63,222 bases of DNA, filler included, from Octopus bimaculoides (GCF_001194135.2; 8 parts of 8 records of this genome joined end to end with filler, not necessarily neighbours in it), one strand, 5' to 3'; numbered from the whole stretch's first letter, positions 13,851 to 27,639 are shown. Notes: a model not told the origin generated them from the sequence alone. Made by a program: numbers and translations.

Positions 13851-15544
13851 TTTTAGATACCTAAGGTTACAGGCATAATCCGCTTCTTACATAAATCTTA
13901 CCAGAAATAAGATCGAACCTGAGCTAAACCGAAATAATAATTTCTTTTATTAGCCACAGATGCATTGGGAAGTGATCAATTATTTTAAAATCAAAACAAG
14001 ACAACGTAAGAGAAATAATACGAGTCGATGGTTTGTACTTTTAACTTGATCCTTCGCATTTTCATTTTAGCTTGCATTTCCATATTTCGAGATTTAGAAC
14101 CCATTTTTTCAGGAAATCTTCAGAGAAGTGACTCCGTGAGTTGATATCTCAGTTTTGTTGACATCTCTGTTTTGCAGTAAGACCAACAAAAGCGTATCCT
14201 GTATTTTGTGTATATGATCGTATTATTAAAGTTAGACAGATATAAGTAAAGTCAACAAGTTGCGTGTATGTGTGTGTGTGTGTGTATACACGATTACACA
14301 CACACATATATATGTATGTATATATATATATATATATATATATNNNNNNNNNNNNNNNNNNNNNNNNNNNNNNNNNNNNNNNNNNNNNNNNNNNNNNNNN
14401 NNNNNNNNNNNNNNNNNNNNNNNNNNNNNNNNNNNNNNNNNNNNNNNNNNNNNNNNNNNNNNNNNNNNNNNNNNNNNNNNNNNNNNNNNNNNNNNNNNNN
14501 NNNNNNNNNNNNNNNNNNNNNNNNNNNNNNNNNNNNNNNNNNNNNNNNNNNNNNNNNNNNNNNNNNNNNNNNNNNNNNNNNNNNNNNNNNNNNNNNNNNN
14601 NNNNNNNNNNNNNNNNNNNNNNNNNNNNNNNNNNNNNNNNNNNNNNNNNNNNNNNNNNNNNNNNNNNNNNNNNNNNNNNNNNNNNNNNNNNNNNNNNNNN
14701 NNNNNNNNNNNNNNNNNNNNNNNNNNNNNNNNNNNNNNNNNNNNNNNNNNNNNNNNNNNNNNNNNNNNNNNNNNNNNNNNNNNNNNNNNNNNNNNNNNNN
14801 NNNNNNNNNNNNNNNNNNNNNNNNNNNNNNNNNNNNNNNNNNNNNNNNNNNNNNNNNNNNNNNNNNNNNNNNNNNNNNNNNNNNNNNNNNNNNNNNNNNN
14901 NNNNNNNNNNNNNNNNNNNNNNNNNNNNNNNNNNNNNNNNNNNNNNNNNNNNNNNNNNNNNNNNNNNNNNNNNNNNNNNNNNNNNNTATATATATATATA
15001 TCCAAAACGAGCCAGAGAGAGTGAGGGGAGAGAGGGAGGAGGATAAATAAATAAATAAATAGATAGATAGATAGATAGATAAAGATAGATAAGTTGAGAG
15101 TGAGTGCGTAAAACCTGCGCCATCATACACTCATACACACACATACACATACACGTATATACATACAAGCCTACGCATCCTACTTCACACAAACACGCAT
15201 GCTCAGAGACAGTAAAAAAACATCTATAAAACACGAACACCCAGCAGTATTTAAGTTATATCTTTACTAAAGTGGTTTTTAAGCCCGTTTTTATCCAATA
15301 CCCAAAACCTCTAGACGGCCATAACACCATTTCTAGACTGCTCTACTTTAGACTAAATCACACATAAGCTGGTTTATTTACATATACGCATATGTTTGAC
15401 GCCAATTTACCATATTTATGACAGATAGCTCCATAGAAATGAAAAGATAAATGTGTTTATTTTGAAAACTTGAAAAATAATTCCATTTCACTTTATTCTA
15501 TGAATATGTTCAGAATAAACAATGATCAAATATATTGCTGTACT

Positions 15545-16520
15545 TAGATACGCTTCGTTCTGTTCTGAGTTCAGATACAGTTGAGATCAACGTTTCTTTA
15601 CAGCCAATGGAGTCGATAATATAAAGTACCAGTCAATTATTGGAGTCAATCTAACCGAATAACCCCACCACCAACACCACCACCATTCAGAACTGCTGAC
15701 CTTGTCTGTAAATTAGAAATTAGAAGAGCGTTAGATTGGCAAAATCGTTTGACCATTGATAAAATTTTTCATGCCTAAGTTTGGGAGTTGAAATCCACCT
15801 AATGCCAAATTTACTTTTCATCATTCTAAGGTCGATAAAATAGACCATCAGTTAAGCACAGGATTCAGTTTAATCGATTAACCCATTTATTATCAAATTT
15901 CTTAGCTGCTGCTTATGGTGTACTCATAAAAACTATTGTAAGGACGAAATGACAGAATCGTTAACGCATCGGATAAACGCTCAACAGCGTTTGTTACAGC
16001 CCTTTGCTTTCTGCGTTCTAATTCTGCTGAGGTTGACTTCGTCTTTATTCATTTAGGGATCGATAAAATAAGTGCCAGTTGAGCACTGGGGTCGATAGGC
16101 TCGATTTCCCCCTTACCTTGTAATTTACTGGCCAAATTAGAAATAACTATGAGAGTTCAAATCCCTCCGAAATCAGCTTTGCTTTTCACCCTTTCGGGGC
16201 CCATAAAATAAAGTACTTATCGAGTACTGGAGTAGATGATATCAACTAATTCCTCCACTTAAAATAGCTTTTTGCCTAAATTCTGAAGAATTATTTTGGG
16301 GTTATGGATTGGCAGAATTGTCAGTGCTGGAAACAGTCTTGCAGTATTTTGTTTCGGCTCCCTACGTTTTGATTCCAGATCCCTCCGAGGTTCAAATTTG
16401 CCTTTCATCCCTCCAGGTTCAATGAAATGAAATACGATTGAAATACTGGGATCGAATGTAATGATTACTCCCCACTCCTCTGAAAATTGTTGGATCTGTG
16501 CGAAAATTTGACACTATTAT
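15545..16520 (+). mobile_element. Cluster of five same-orientation, highly diverged SINE family B copies
   Basis: Core variants (gagttcaaat...ttcatc..gtcgataaaata..ctggggtcgat) at ~15560, 15785, 16005, 16150 and 16360. Confidence 0.7.
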
Positions 16521-17519
16521 TATTTCAAATATTATTACATTGATGCCTTTAAATATTAGTTTAATTATCGGGGATTTTTTGCCTGAAGCCGGATGACAAA
16601 TCTCTTCAGATTTCAAGGATCTTAAGAGTTTTAAAGAATACAGGAGAGCATTTTTCTGCATGTGTCTCAATTCCAATATCCTATAACATCTGAAGTAGCA
16701 GTTAGGGTTTTGTGCTAAATGCATCAATTACAACAATCTTCTCCATTGTGCTCCACAATCTGTTCATCTCTCTCTGGCTAAGTCATATTTCTCTCTTTTT
16801 GTGTGTGATTTGCTTGAAATCCACTCGACTTTCATACGGTAGGGCATAGTCTATGATCTTACAGTTTTTCTTTTCCTTCTCTCTCAATGACTATCTGACT
16901 TTCTTTGACTCAATGATAAGACTGCGTGAAGAAATCCCACGAGGTCCTTTAATTATCATTCTCCATGACAACCTCTGATTCGTCTTCATACATTCCCGTC
17001 ACTTCAAATCCACAAACTTGTTTAACATCTCAATGCACTCTTTCATCGTCTCATTCAATCTCGCGTTTGTATTTTTACTGTTCAGCCCCTTTCCTGTGAC
17101 TGAGTTTTATCAATATTTGTCTTTATCAAATTCGAGCTAATGACTTCTTCCTGATCTGCTATAATTACCGACTCAATTTCTTTCATCAGGTTTCTATCTT
17201 TTAGCCACAAGTGACATTCTTCACTTCCAGCTTCTTCGGTTTATTACATGAATTAACCACATACCTCTTTCTCTTTCCAGCTAGTTTCCTTGCACTTCTT
17301 TCTATTTTTGAAAATTACTAATGTTGTAGTAACTTTTAAATATTTCTAGCTGAAGGTAATTCTTCCCTTACCTTCAACAAAAATTTTCAAATCCCAAATC
17401 TTAACATTTATTTGTCTTCTACATTTAATAAACCTCTACCTTCTTCCCTTCTGGGTAAATAGGGCTCATAGATATAAATTTATGGTGGTGTATAACAGTG
17501 TTGTAGTTCGCTTGAAGCA

Positions 17520-17706
17520 TTGTAATGTCTTTTCTACTAAAGGCTTTGGAGGTCGCTAGTTGATTACATCGACACCAGTGTTTCATGGAACTTAATTTAT
17601 CAAGACCGAAAGAATGAAAGGCAAGGTCGACAACGGCGGAATTTGAACTCAGAACTTGAAGACAGACGAAATATCGATGTGCTAACGATTCTGCCAGCTC
17701 GCCGCT
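17520..17706 (-). mobile_element. SINE family B copy nested in the R4 element
   Basis: tttatcaagaccgaaagaatgaaaggcaaggtcgacaacggcggaatttgaactcagaac...gctaacgattctgccagctcgccgc. Confidence 0.85.
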
Positions 17707-17731
17707 TTTGAAGGATTGTCATATTGGAGAA

Positions 17732-17830
17732 AGTAAAACAAGGAGAAAATAGAAAGCTTCTGACAATGCAAAAAGTTTTATAAAACTTTCTGCATTGTCA
17801 GAAGCATTCTATATTCTCCCTTTTTTACCT
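17732..17830. repeat. Near-perfect ~80-100 bp palindrome (fold-back element)
   Basis: Arms 17742-17780 and 17781-17819 are reverse complements with 3 mismatches in 39 bp and no spacer. Weaker pairing extends ~10 bp further on each side. Confidence 0.85.
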
Positions 17831-18697
17831 CATACACTGTGAGCAGTTTCCAAGTTCGTCTATCCAGTTAATTTTTTTAAAAAGGAGACAGGAGTAGACT
17901 ATCCCAAAACTGGTATAGTACAAGTATGGATTGCTTTGATGATCTCACCTCCCAAACCTCTTCTTATACCCTTTGGATATTTTCATTATTGTATCATCCT
18001 GTAGCACTCCCAGGTACTTGTATTTCTTATTCCTTTTGCAGTGATCTAATGTCATTCCAAATTTTGGCACCAGGCCAGCAGATTTAAATGGAATGGGTGA
18101 GTCGATTATATCACTTCCCCTTTCAGTTCTCAACTGGTATTTATTTTATTGACTCCGAAAGGAAAAGGGTGAAGTTGACCCCGATGACATTTCAATTCAG
18201 AATATAAAGAGCAAGAAAAAAAAAAAAGGAGTCGCTTTCGTTTCTTTCACATCTTATGATCACATTGCTGTTAACCTTCTTATAGATGTTAAGGTTTCTC
18301 AAGCACCCCAGAAACCAACATTGTCGCTCATAATCATATGCTTTCCGTCTCCTTCCTAAATGGGGTGGTACTGTTGTGAGAGATGGTTTCCTGATAATCT
18401 TTCCAAGTACAAAGTTCTTTCTGATCAGAAATTCGTTTAGTATTATTTTATTGAAATAATAATATATATATTAGCATCTTTTTTAAAATTTCTATCTGCG
18501 TCCTTTTTGCGTTTCTGGTAGCAGTTTTCTGTTTACGGAACGCTAAACTATTCATCTGCTATGAAAGCAGTAAGTAATCTTCAAAGAATTAAGCGCAAAA
18601 ATAAACCTAAAATTACTGTATTCCACTCCCTTTTTGTTTCAATCATTCTGTATTAACACTGAATTTTCATCTTGCATGGCGATGCTCCATTTTTCTT

Positions 18698-18760
<63 letters not shown>

Positions 18761-19884
18761 TTATNNNNNNNNNNNNNNNNNNNNNNNNNNNNNNNNNNNN
18801 NNNNNNNNNNNNNNNNNNNNNNNNNNNNNNNNNNNNNNNNNNNNNNNNNNNNNNNNNNNNNNNNNNNNNNNNNNNNNNNNNNNNNNNNNNNNNNNNATAT
18901 ATATATATATATATAACCGGTAATAAACTGCTGTATATAACTGAGCGTGTTTGTGATCTTTTAAAATCAGAATCTCAGAAAATTACATGCGGTCAGGAAG
19001 CTGCTCCGAAACAAGACCATAATTTTGGGGAGGAAGAAATATTCGAGTCATTATCAAGGACATCATAGCTCACGACTTGGGAGGAACTAGAAGCTCCCTT
19101 TTCTTGCTCAGCCAGCAGTGATACTGAAAGGAAGGTACAAAGGGAGACTCATTCGCTGCAAAAACAACAGCAAAGTGAAAACTAGGAGAAAGTCACTCGT
19201 TACAGCAAAATCAACCCTACACTTATGTAGATAGGGGCCAAACGGAAGCCGAAAGAGAATGACATTTTTTACTTATCATGGCAATGAAAGGGAGACGCTG
19301 CATCAGTAACATTGGAAAGAGTCAATAAAAGACACTTGTAGGGATACAGTTCTGTGAAAATAAGATGCTCAATTGTGAAGGAATCATTCCCTATCCAAGA
19401 GAGTCCATATCTCGTAAAGATCTCAAGAGGATCCCACTCCTTGTAAAGGTGCTTCTATCTTTTGCTTGGAGGAACCCTTCTCCTCCATGAATTTATTAAT
19501 TTCACATTATTCCAAAGACCAACTAACAGATGGAACACTCAAGCAAAAAGCACGGGGCCTCTCCAGTCGAAATACAGTTTGAAAAGAAGGGATAAAGCCA
19601 CTACTACGAAAAATTGTAATAATATTTCAAAAGATAGGGGAGAAGAAAAACATTTTCGAAATCGTTTGTAGTGTGTTATTTGTTAATTGATATCCACAAG
19701 ATGCAAGCCCTTCTCGTCCACTTTGACCCAAAAGCTTATGGAAAACCCCGGAGTTCTCACCGTAAGGAAAACTATAAAAGTATAGAGAAACAGTATAGAA
19801 AGAAGGTTGTAATTGGTGCTGTGGTATGATCTAATCAAGATATGCAATTACACATGCACGCGCACACACGCGTGCACACATACA

Positions 19885-20075
19885 CACGGAGTCGTCTATG
19901 AATCTTACTTATCGGTTTCGCGCAGTAGAGTTTTGGATAAAACCCAAATTGGCACGCGTCAGAAGGGCGGGTAAGGGAAGCTTATGGCGATGGCTCTCTG
20001 CCACTGTAGGTCAGGAAGAGTCACATCCGGTTTATGGTAGCTGAGAAGAACCAGAACGCGCTCGCGCGCGTGGAT
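19885..20075. promoter_or_regulatory. Small CpG-rich island with promoter-like motifs
   Basis: High CpG density against an AT-rich background. GC box gggcgg, atggcg (YY1-like), acatccgg (ETS-like ccggatgt on -) and gcgctcgcgcgcg. Candidate donors on both strands (|gtaggt at 20006 on +, |gtaaga at 19908 on -). Confidence 0.35.
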
Positions 20076-20123
20076 ATGAATACATTTATTCATATATGCA
20101 TATTTATATATATACATATACAC

Positions 20124-20178
<55 letters not shown>

Positions 20179-20566
20179 TGTTTGTGTGTGTCTATATAAA
20201 TATATATTTGCATACTTATGTATATATGCTATGCAGATAGCTATGTGTATATCTATTTGAGTATGCATGTACACATATATATATACATATATACATATAC
20301 ACGCCTATACACTTACACAATCACTTGCACATATTGTTTTAATTATTGTGTTTTTATTATCCAACTTTATTTATTCTATGTATTTCTTTGTATTTTCATA
20401 ACAATTGCATAACATATTCCAACCACTCCCCTCGTCTTTACATAACTTGTTTAATCCACACACACCTTACCACGTTTCCAAACCCTTTATTCCTATTTAA
20501 AGTTTCTTTGTGAATATTATTGTAACATTCGATCCCTTCTGGCTAATAAAGAAACATTCTTACAGC

Positions 20567-20692
<126 letters not shown>

Positions 20693-22232
20693 CATCACTT
20701 TGTCTTTTTGTGATTATGCATATTTTTTTCATAACATTTCATATTCACATCCTTGTTTATTTTTATATTCTTGCCAATGTTTGCCTTAATGTATTCATAT
20801 CAACAGATCAATATTTGCTCATTGATTCATCTGTTTAATTATTTACAAGCACGTGAATATAGAAATATTGAGTGTTAAATTTTATTCTCACGTCATTTTT
20901 ACTTTCAATAATGAATTCTTTATATTTTCGTAANNNNNNNNNNNNNNNNNNNNNNNNNNNNNNNNNNNNNNNNNNNNNNNNNNNNNNNNNNNNNNNNNNN
21001 NNNNNNNNNNNNNNNNNNNNNNNNNNNNNNNNNNNNNNNNNNNNNNNNNNNNNNNNNNNNNNNNNNNNNNNNNNNNNNNNNNNNNNNNNNNNNNNNNNNN
21101 NNNNNNNNNNNNNNNNNNNNNNNNNNNNNNNNNNNNNNNNNNNNNNNNNNNNNNNNNNNNNNNNNNNNNNNNNNNNNNNNNNNNNNNNNNNNNNNNNNNN
21201 NNNNNNNNNNNNNNNNNNNNNNNNNNNNNNNNNNNNNNNNNNNNNNNNNNNNNNNNNNNNNNNNNNNNNNNNNNNNNNNNNNNNNNNNNNNNNNNNNNNN
21301 NNNNNNNNNNNNNNNNNNNNNNNNNNNNNNNNNNNNNNNNNNNNNNNNNNNNNNNNNNNNNNNNNNNNNNNNNNNNNNNNNNNNNNNNNNNNNNNNNNNN
21401 NNNNNNNNNNNNNNNNNNNNNNNNNNNNNNNNNNNNNNNNNNNNNNNNNNNNNNNNNNNNNNNNNNNNNNNNNNNNNNNNNNNNNNNNNNNNNNNNNNNN
21501 NNNNNNNNNNNNNNNNNNNNNNNNNNNNNNNNNNNNNNNNNNNNNNNNNNNNNNNNNNNNNNNNNNNNNNNNNNNNNNNNNNNNNNNNNNNNNNNNNNNN
21601 NNNNNNNNNNNNNNNNNNNNNNNNNNNNNNNNNNNNNNNNNNNNNNNNNNNNNNNNNNNNNNNNNNNNNNNNNNNNNNNNNNNNNNNNNNNNNNNTATAT
21701 ATATATATATGTACTCAATCCATATACAACCTTGCTCGGACCTGCGCTTCGGAGGAGAACTTTCTAGGTGCAATCTCACGGTCGTTCATGACCGAAGGGT
21801 GTCTTTTCTTTCTTGCAAGTGTTGAATGAAAAGGTTCCTTATTTGTTCAGTGAGATCATCATTGGACGCTGCCAGAGAATCCTGTAGTGTTGGCAAAGGC
21901 TCAAACATCGTTTTGCAAATTGTTTAGACCAGAAATATAATTGCATAATTACGGCTTCAACTTTAAAAATCATTAAAGATCTGTCTTACAAAATCAAGTT
22001 TAAGTCAATCAAATACGTAAAAATACGAAACATATGTGACTCCATATCTAACCAAGGCACCCTATTGAGTTCCTTGCACTTCTGTAATATTTCGTCACGG
22101 AACTCGAATGTGCATGTAAGTACTTTACCGCAAGACATCCAATGTTCTTGTCCTTGGGCTCTACTCATTAAAAAAAAAACGAAATATTAAACAAATGAGC
22201 TTTGATGAAATTACTTTCATTTTCATTTCCAG

Positions 22233-22448
22233 CCTCGTCTTCAATTCTCCCAGTATGTTTCTTACAGCCAATACTTCTCTATGCAGCAATCAGCCCTTTA
22301 CACATTTGGCATTATACCCTGGATGTTTGTCTCGAGTCTTCGTTATTTTCCTGACATTACAGGAACTCTATCAATACAGATTCCTACGTATTTTGATCAG
22401 TCAGTTTATGCGATAGCAATGATTGGCAAAACAGAAAATCTCCACTAA
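22233..22448 (+). CDS. Weak candidate for an N-terminal (TM1 region) exon of the OFA-like gene
   Basis: Open frame after ttcatttccag| contains SALYTFGIIPWMFVSSLRYF, resembling the family GxLYTFGNxxPYxxSYLR. No convincing donor, and the residues upstream of LYTFG are not hydrophobic. Confidence 0.2.
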   Translation, partial: PRLQFSQYVSYSQYFSMQQSALYTFGIIPWMFVSSLRYFPDITGTLSIQIPTYFDQSVYAIAMIGKTENLH

Positions 22449-23964
22449 TCGTACCAATAAATTTATATTGGATGAATACAAGCAAATCAGCTCAGTTAGA
22501 AATATCCGTGCGTTTATTTAATTGTAAGGAATAATATTCACATTTAAGCAGTCTTTTCACTCACTGATTTTTAACAATATCAGACATATCTTCTATTCAC
22601 CGCTTCACAGAATTGCTTGGTAATGGAATCATATCATACCATAGTTCCTTGTTATTTTGTCTCTATGTATTCTACAGACAATTGCTTCTGCAACAAGCAA
22701 AATTAGTTCTTCCACTGTCCTGTATGGTTTTTAACTCTATGCTATTAAAAGAAACACATCATACGATGCTAACACAGGATCTTTTTTTATTTCACACTCA
22801 GTTGTTTTGTTTACTTTTTCTATTGAATTTTCTTGTGAAAGAAGTTTTTTCCGTCTTCGTTGAAAATATTCAAGTTTTAAATTAATATACACACTTGAAA
22901 CAGACTAAGATTAAATACCTGAGTGTATATACGTAATTTGTATAGAAACGTGGTACGGCACTAGCTGTCACTTTTTTGTTGGTTTTTTCGTTCTTCCTCC
23001 CAGAAAAAAAAACTTTCACAAAGACGTATGAGTTTAAAATACAGGACTTTGCTCAGAAAAACCGATGGATCACCAAAAACGGTGTTTTGATGTGATTTTG
23101 CTTTCTCGGTTGTGTTTTGACTTCTTAGCTGTTCCGGTAAATGCTTCTTCCGACAGAGAAATCAGTGAACAAAACAGTTACTGAAATATGCAGGGGATAA
23201 ACAAGCTCGAATTAAATTAACTTACGCGCCTGAAACAACCTTAGGGTAAACACCGATATGCATACGCATGTTTTGTAACTGTGATATTTTTGCCTCGGAG
23301 AAACCTCTCAAAGAGACTTGGCGAAGTTTGGTTGGCTTCATGCTTTCATTGAACAAAGTTCTATACCTGAACTGCCTGTGGCTCCTCTTCGCCTCCCCGA
23401 TAGCTGCGTATAAATCGAAAGGATTTGCAACCCCCACGGTGTTTACGAGTTTTACATTTTGAAACGTGAGCTTGGTTTTTATTTTTCCATTGAAACATGT
23501 TCCCTTATCATTGCCTGTACTTTCGCAATGATTTTTTTTTTTAATGTTTCCAGTTTTTTTTCTTTTTAACTTGCGATCCATTATTACCAAGGGATTATAT
23601 GATGGCATATGTAAAAACGATTTTTCACTGATGTAGTGAATGCATGTTAGGTAAAGAGAATAATTCATAAAGATACATGTATCATACAAAGTTTCTCCAT
23701 ATATGTCGTATTCAAATGTAATCCTTTAAATAAATGCCAGTCAAAAAATTGTGCCGCGTTGACACATCTATTATATCAATTGTTAGTAGTCAAATTCTTG
23801 TTGGACATGTGCATGAGGAAATGTCATATGCGTCATTATCAGTCCGAGGACATTACAATTCGAGTGCTAAGACGATTTTCTTGGGGTTTAAGTGGAGGAG
23901 GTCACAATTTTACGCTTGAACAAGAATCAATTCGTCGTACGTGAGTAGAGTGGAGTGACGTGGA

Positions 23965-24272
23965 GTGAAGTGGAGTGAAGTGTTTTGCTCAACAACCCAA
24001 CGTGCCGCCCGGTCAGAGAAAAGAAATCATGATCGTGTGATCGGGAGTGCAACAGGTTAACCACTAGGCCACGCGCCTTCACTTGTCAGTATTCATAGCA
24101 ACAGTTGCGAAACCTGTTAGTAGAGGCTCGTGGCTTAGTGGTTAAGGGTGTTAGATTCATGATCGTGGGATTGTGGTTTCGATTCTTGGACCGGGCAACG
24201 CGTTCTGATCTTGATCAAAACACTTCATTTCACGTTGCTCTAATCCACCCAACTGGCAAAAATGAATAATCC
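23965..24272. mobile_element. Two divergently oriented SINE family D heads
   Basis: - copy ~23965-24082 and + copy ~24123-24272, each with ggc.tagtggttaa...tcgatt.c..gaccggg...tgagcaaaacacttca-type sequence. Confidence 0.65.
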
Positions 24273-24966
24273 TACGTTATGACTTGTGAAGATAACTTTA
24301 CCTTTATTTTTGCTTGTTTTCGGAACCTGCTACGCCGTTAAAACCTTCATTAAAACGACTGAACATTAAAGTTCAAAATTTCATTCATTATACATCCAAG
24401 ACATTTATAGCGTATTCTCCAAATTATAACGTCAGAATTACAGTATGCAGTCCTGCAAAGAGGCGGAATAAGATACTTGTAACCTAATATTGCAACCTTT
24501 TGTTCGTAAAGGCAGAGCAAATTTGAATTGAGATATCGAAATTATACGTGCAACAGGCGATGTGGCAACAATATTGTATAAGTATCTGTCCTTTACTAGT
24601 GTGATTAATGCAGTTAATGTCCAGTTCTATCACCTGGTCTTCAAGGTACAACCTCTGGGAAGATTTAGGTCAACATTTGTAGGTTAAATTAAAAGTAAAA
24701 ATAAGAAGTGAGGAAATAGAATGGCTCTGGTTTGAATAAATGCAAAAGTGTGGATTCAGGGGAAAACAGCAGAGGCCCACGTTGTCATGGATGTGTCGGT
24801 GTGAAACTGGCTGGCGAGTTGAGGAGTACTTGTATAGAAGTTCCCCTGTAGCACTAGTTTAATTTGGCGCACCTGGAGGAAACGGCATTGTGGGAATATA
24901 AAGAAATTATTTGTTATCACCGCGCGGGCTCTGAAGGTAAATAAACGGCAATTGTGTGATGTGGTG

Positions 24967-25008
<42 letters not shown>

Positions 25009-25584
25009 AGGGGGAGAAAGAGAGAGAGAGGAGAAGTGTATCTATGCGTGTATGTCTGCGTGAGGGTGTGTGTGTGTGTGTGCATGTATGAATATATGTA
25101 TGTATTTATGTATGTATTTATATATATGTAGGTGCGTACATATATGTGTGTGTGCGTGTGCATGTATGTATATATGTATGTATTTGTATAGTGTCATCAT
25201 CAATGTCATTATGACTGTCATGTTGATTCTGTTATATACACAAGCGTGCATGTTTGTGTGGGTGTATATAGGTGTGTGGATATGTTAGTATATAAGTGTG
25301 TATGTGTATGTGTGTACATAAATATATGCGTGTGCGCGCATGTTTAAATATAGATTAGCATATCTTCATGCATTAGTATGTTTGCGTTTGTGTATATATA
25401 GATATATGTGTATATATAGATATATGTGTGTGTGTGTGCTGTTCGTGTCAAACGAGTGTGGTCGACGTAGTCAACTTATGCACCGTCCTTTGTTACACAT
25501 ACCTTTGCTGACCGGATGTAGGAAACTGGAAACTGGCTTTGATATTGGGAACAAAAAGTCAGTCATTCATTGATTCAAACGCTT

Positions 25585-26507
25585 CTACAACCATCACCAC
25601 CACCACCACTATCACCACAAACAACAACAACAGCAACAACACCGCTAACCGACATACCCTTCGCCTTCACCTTCACCTGCCAATGACTTCATCCCGAATT
25701 TGCTACTAGTACCACGACCATCACTGCCACCGCCAACCAACACCATCAACGCTACCGCCATTACTACCGTCCTTAACCGAGATACTCACCGCTGACATCC
25801 TCACGGCTTTCGTTTGCAGCAACCGCTACCCCCACCACACCACTTGCAGCACCTTCATCATTAACTCCAACACGACCACCTCCTCTACCACTAGCGCCTA
25901 CACCACAACCGTTACCACAAACACGACTGCCACCAACACAACTACCTCCAATACCACTATCACTAACTCCAACACCACTGCCACCTCCGCCACTACCACC
26001 TTTATCACTACCACTACCAAAACGCCACTGTCACCTACACCACTACTGTCGCCACCACTACCACCAACAGCAATACCACCTCCATTACTACCACCTACAC
26101 CACTGCCACCAGCACCAATGCCACCAACACCACTACCACCAACACCACTACCACCAACACCACCAACACCACTACCACCAACACCACTACCACCACCACC
26201 ACCNNNNNNNNNNNNNNNNNNNNNNNNNNNNNNNNNNNNNNNNNNNNNNNNNNNNNNNNNNNNNNNNNNNNNNNNNNNNNNNNNNNNNNNNNNNNNNNNN
26301 NNNNNNNNNNNNNNNNNNNNNNNNNNNNNNNNNNNNNNNNNNNNNNNNNNNNNNNNNNNNNNNNNNNNNNNNNNNNNNNNNNNNNNNNNNNNNNNNNNNN
26401 NNNNNNNNNNNNNNNNNNNNNNNNNNNNNNNNNNNNNNNNNNNNNNNNNNNNNNNNNNNNNNNNNNNNNNNNCCACCACCACCACCACCACCACTACCAC
26501 CACCACC

Positions 26508-26544
<37 letters not shown>

Positions 26545-26545
26545 G
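25585..26545. repeat. Degenerate CAC/CAA/TAC trinucleotide-derived minisatellite spanning a gap
   Basis: accactaccaccaacacc-type units grading into pure (CAC)n and (TAC)n; source of the poly-T/P/V/G ORFs. Confidence 0.9.
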
Positions 26546-27639
26546 AACAATAACAGCTGCTCTGAACGTTCTCCTCTGCAAGGCCTTCCATGACTAAAGG
26601 CAAACTAGATTACGTCACTATTTTGTGTCCGACAGCGTCCATTGAAAACCTACGAAGATGAAAGGGCCCAGCCCCCCAATTTCAAACACGATTCTATGAA
26701 ACGGCACACCTGAAATACTACGCATTTCTCTCCTCTGCCCTTCCCTACACCATCTTCCTTCTCCGTTTACAAACTAAAACCGCATTCTTTAACGTATTGT
26801 CATACGTTAGTACGTATCATAGACGCAGGATTGGTTTTAATTCAGTTGATAACAAACCCAACTCAGTGGGTGGAAATTTCTGTAATAATCCTGTTATTGG
26901 GCTATCACTTAACATACATACAGTTTCTTTTTTGTATAGTTTTCGGTGAATATTTAACATGGTATAATTACAGAGAGATTTTGTTTCAATTTTCATCGCG
27001 TGTTGCCTAAAAACTCGTGGCGTATCATTGTAGCTACGCCTCATAGCTTCGCCATCGTGAATTTAATAAGTGGCAAAAACATTAATTTGAGACGAAAAAC
27101 AGAAATACGAATAATAGGATACACACCTCATATCTACCGTGTCCATGTTATCTATTTGGGGAATTTTGTTAAATTTTTTTCAACTACTTTAAATCTTTCA
27201 AATTTTCACCGTATTACAAAACATGTGGTTCTGATGTGGCCAGACTATATTACCTCTGCACGTTGATGGTTGGACTTCTAGAAATGAGATTCGAACTCAA
27301 AACTCGAAGAGCCGGAAGAGATGTTGCGATGTATTTCTCCAATTCCGATCAAATCCTTGGACTAGTGGACTTTAACTATCAACCACGAAAGAACGACAAG
27401 GAAATTTGGCTTTGGTTAAATTTGAACTCAGATCTCATAGTATGGTACAAATATCGCAAGGCATTTATCCTACAATCCAGCGATTTTTGTCAGTTCACTA
27501 TCCAAAGATACTTCATTAGGCATTAAATATTATCTGTGCATGCGTGTGTGTATGTGTGTGCGTGTGTGTGTAACTATGCCTTTCCTGTGTATTTATATAC
27601 AGTAATACCTCACCATGACGAAAACAAGCAAAATATAGA

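Larger units (their letters stand above)
16560..18060 (-). mobile_element. Decayed R4/Dong-clade LINE (RT C-terminus to RLE), interrupted by a SINE and a hairpin
   Basis: Collinear motifs on the - strand: KYKYLGVLQDDTI (~17990-18030), YLPRREEGRGLLNVED (~17390-17440), HLWLKDRNLMKEIESVIIADQEEVI (~17140-17220), KIIDYALPYESRVD (~16830-16870), QKNALLYSLKLLR (~16620-16660). Many stops and frameshifts. Confidence 0.8.

Noticed and set aside
23222-23689. 155-aa - strand ORF ending at a gtaagt donor-like site (23225)
   Set aside because: The 5' part is low-complexity A-rich, there is no acceptor and no recognisable family; cannot be supported as coding.
24286-24369. Peptide LPLFLLVFGTCYAV resembling TM6 of OFA-like transporters
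   Set aside because: Bounded by nearby stops, adjoins a SINE, lacks a good acceptor and donor, and the following residues are polar; probably chance.
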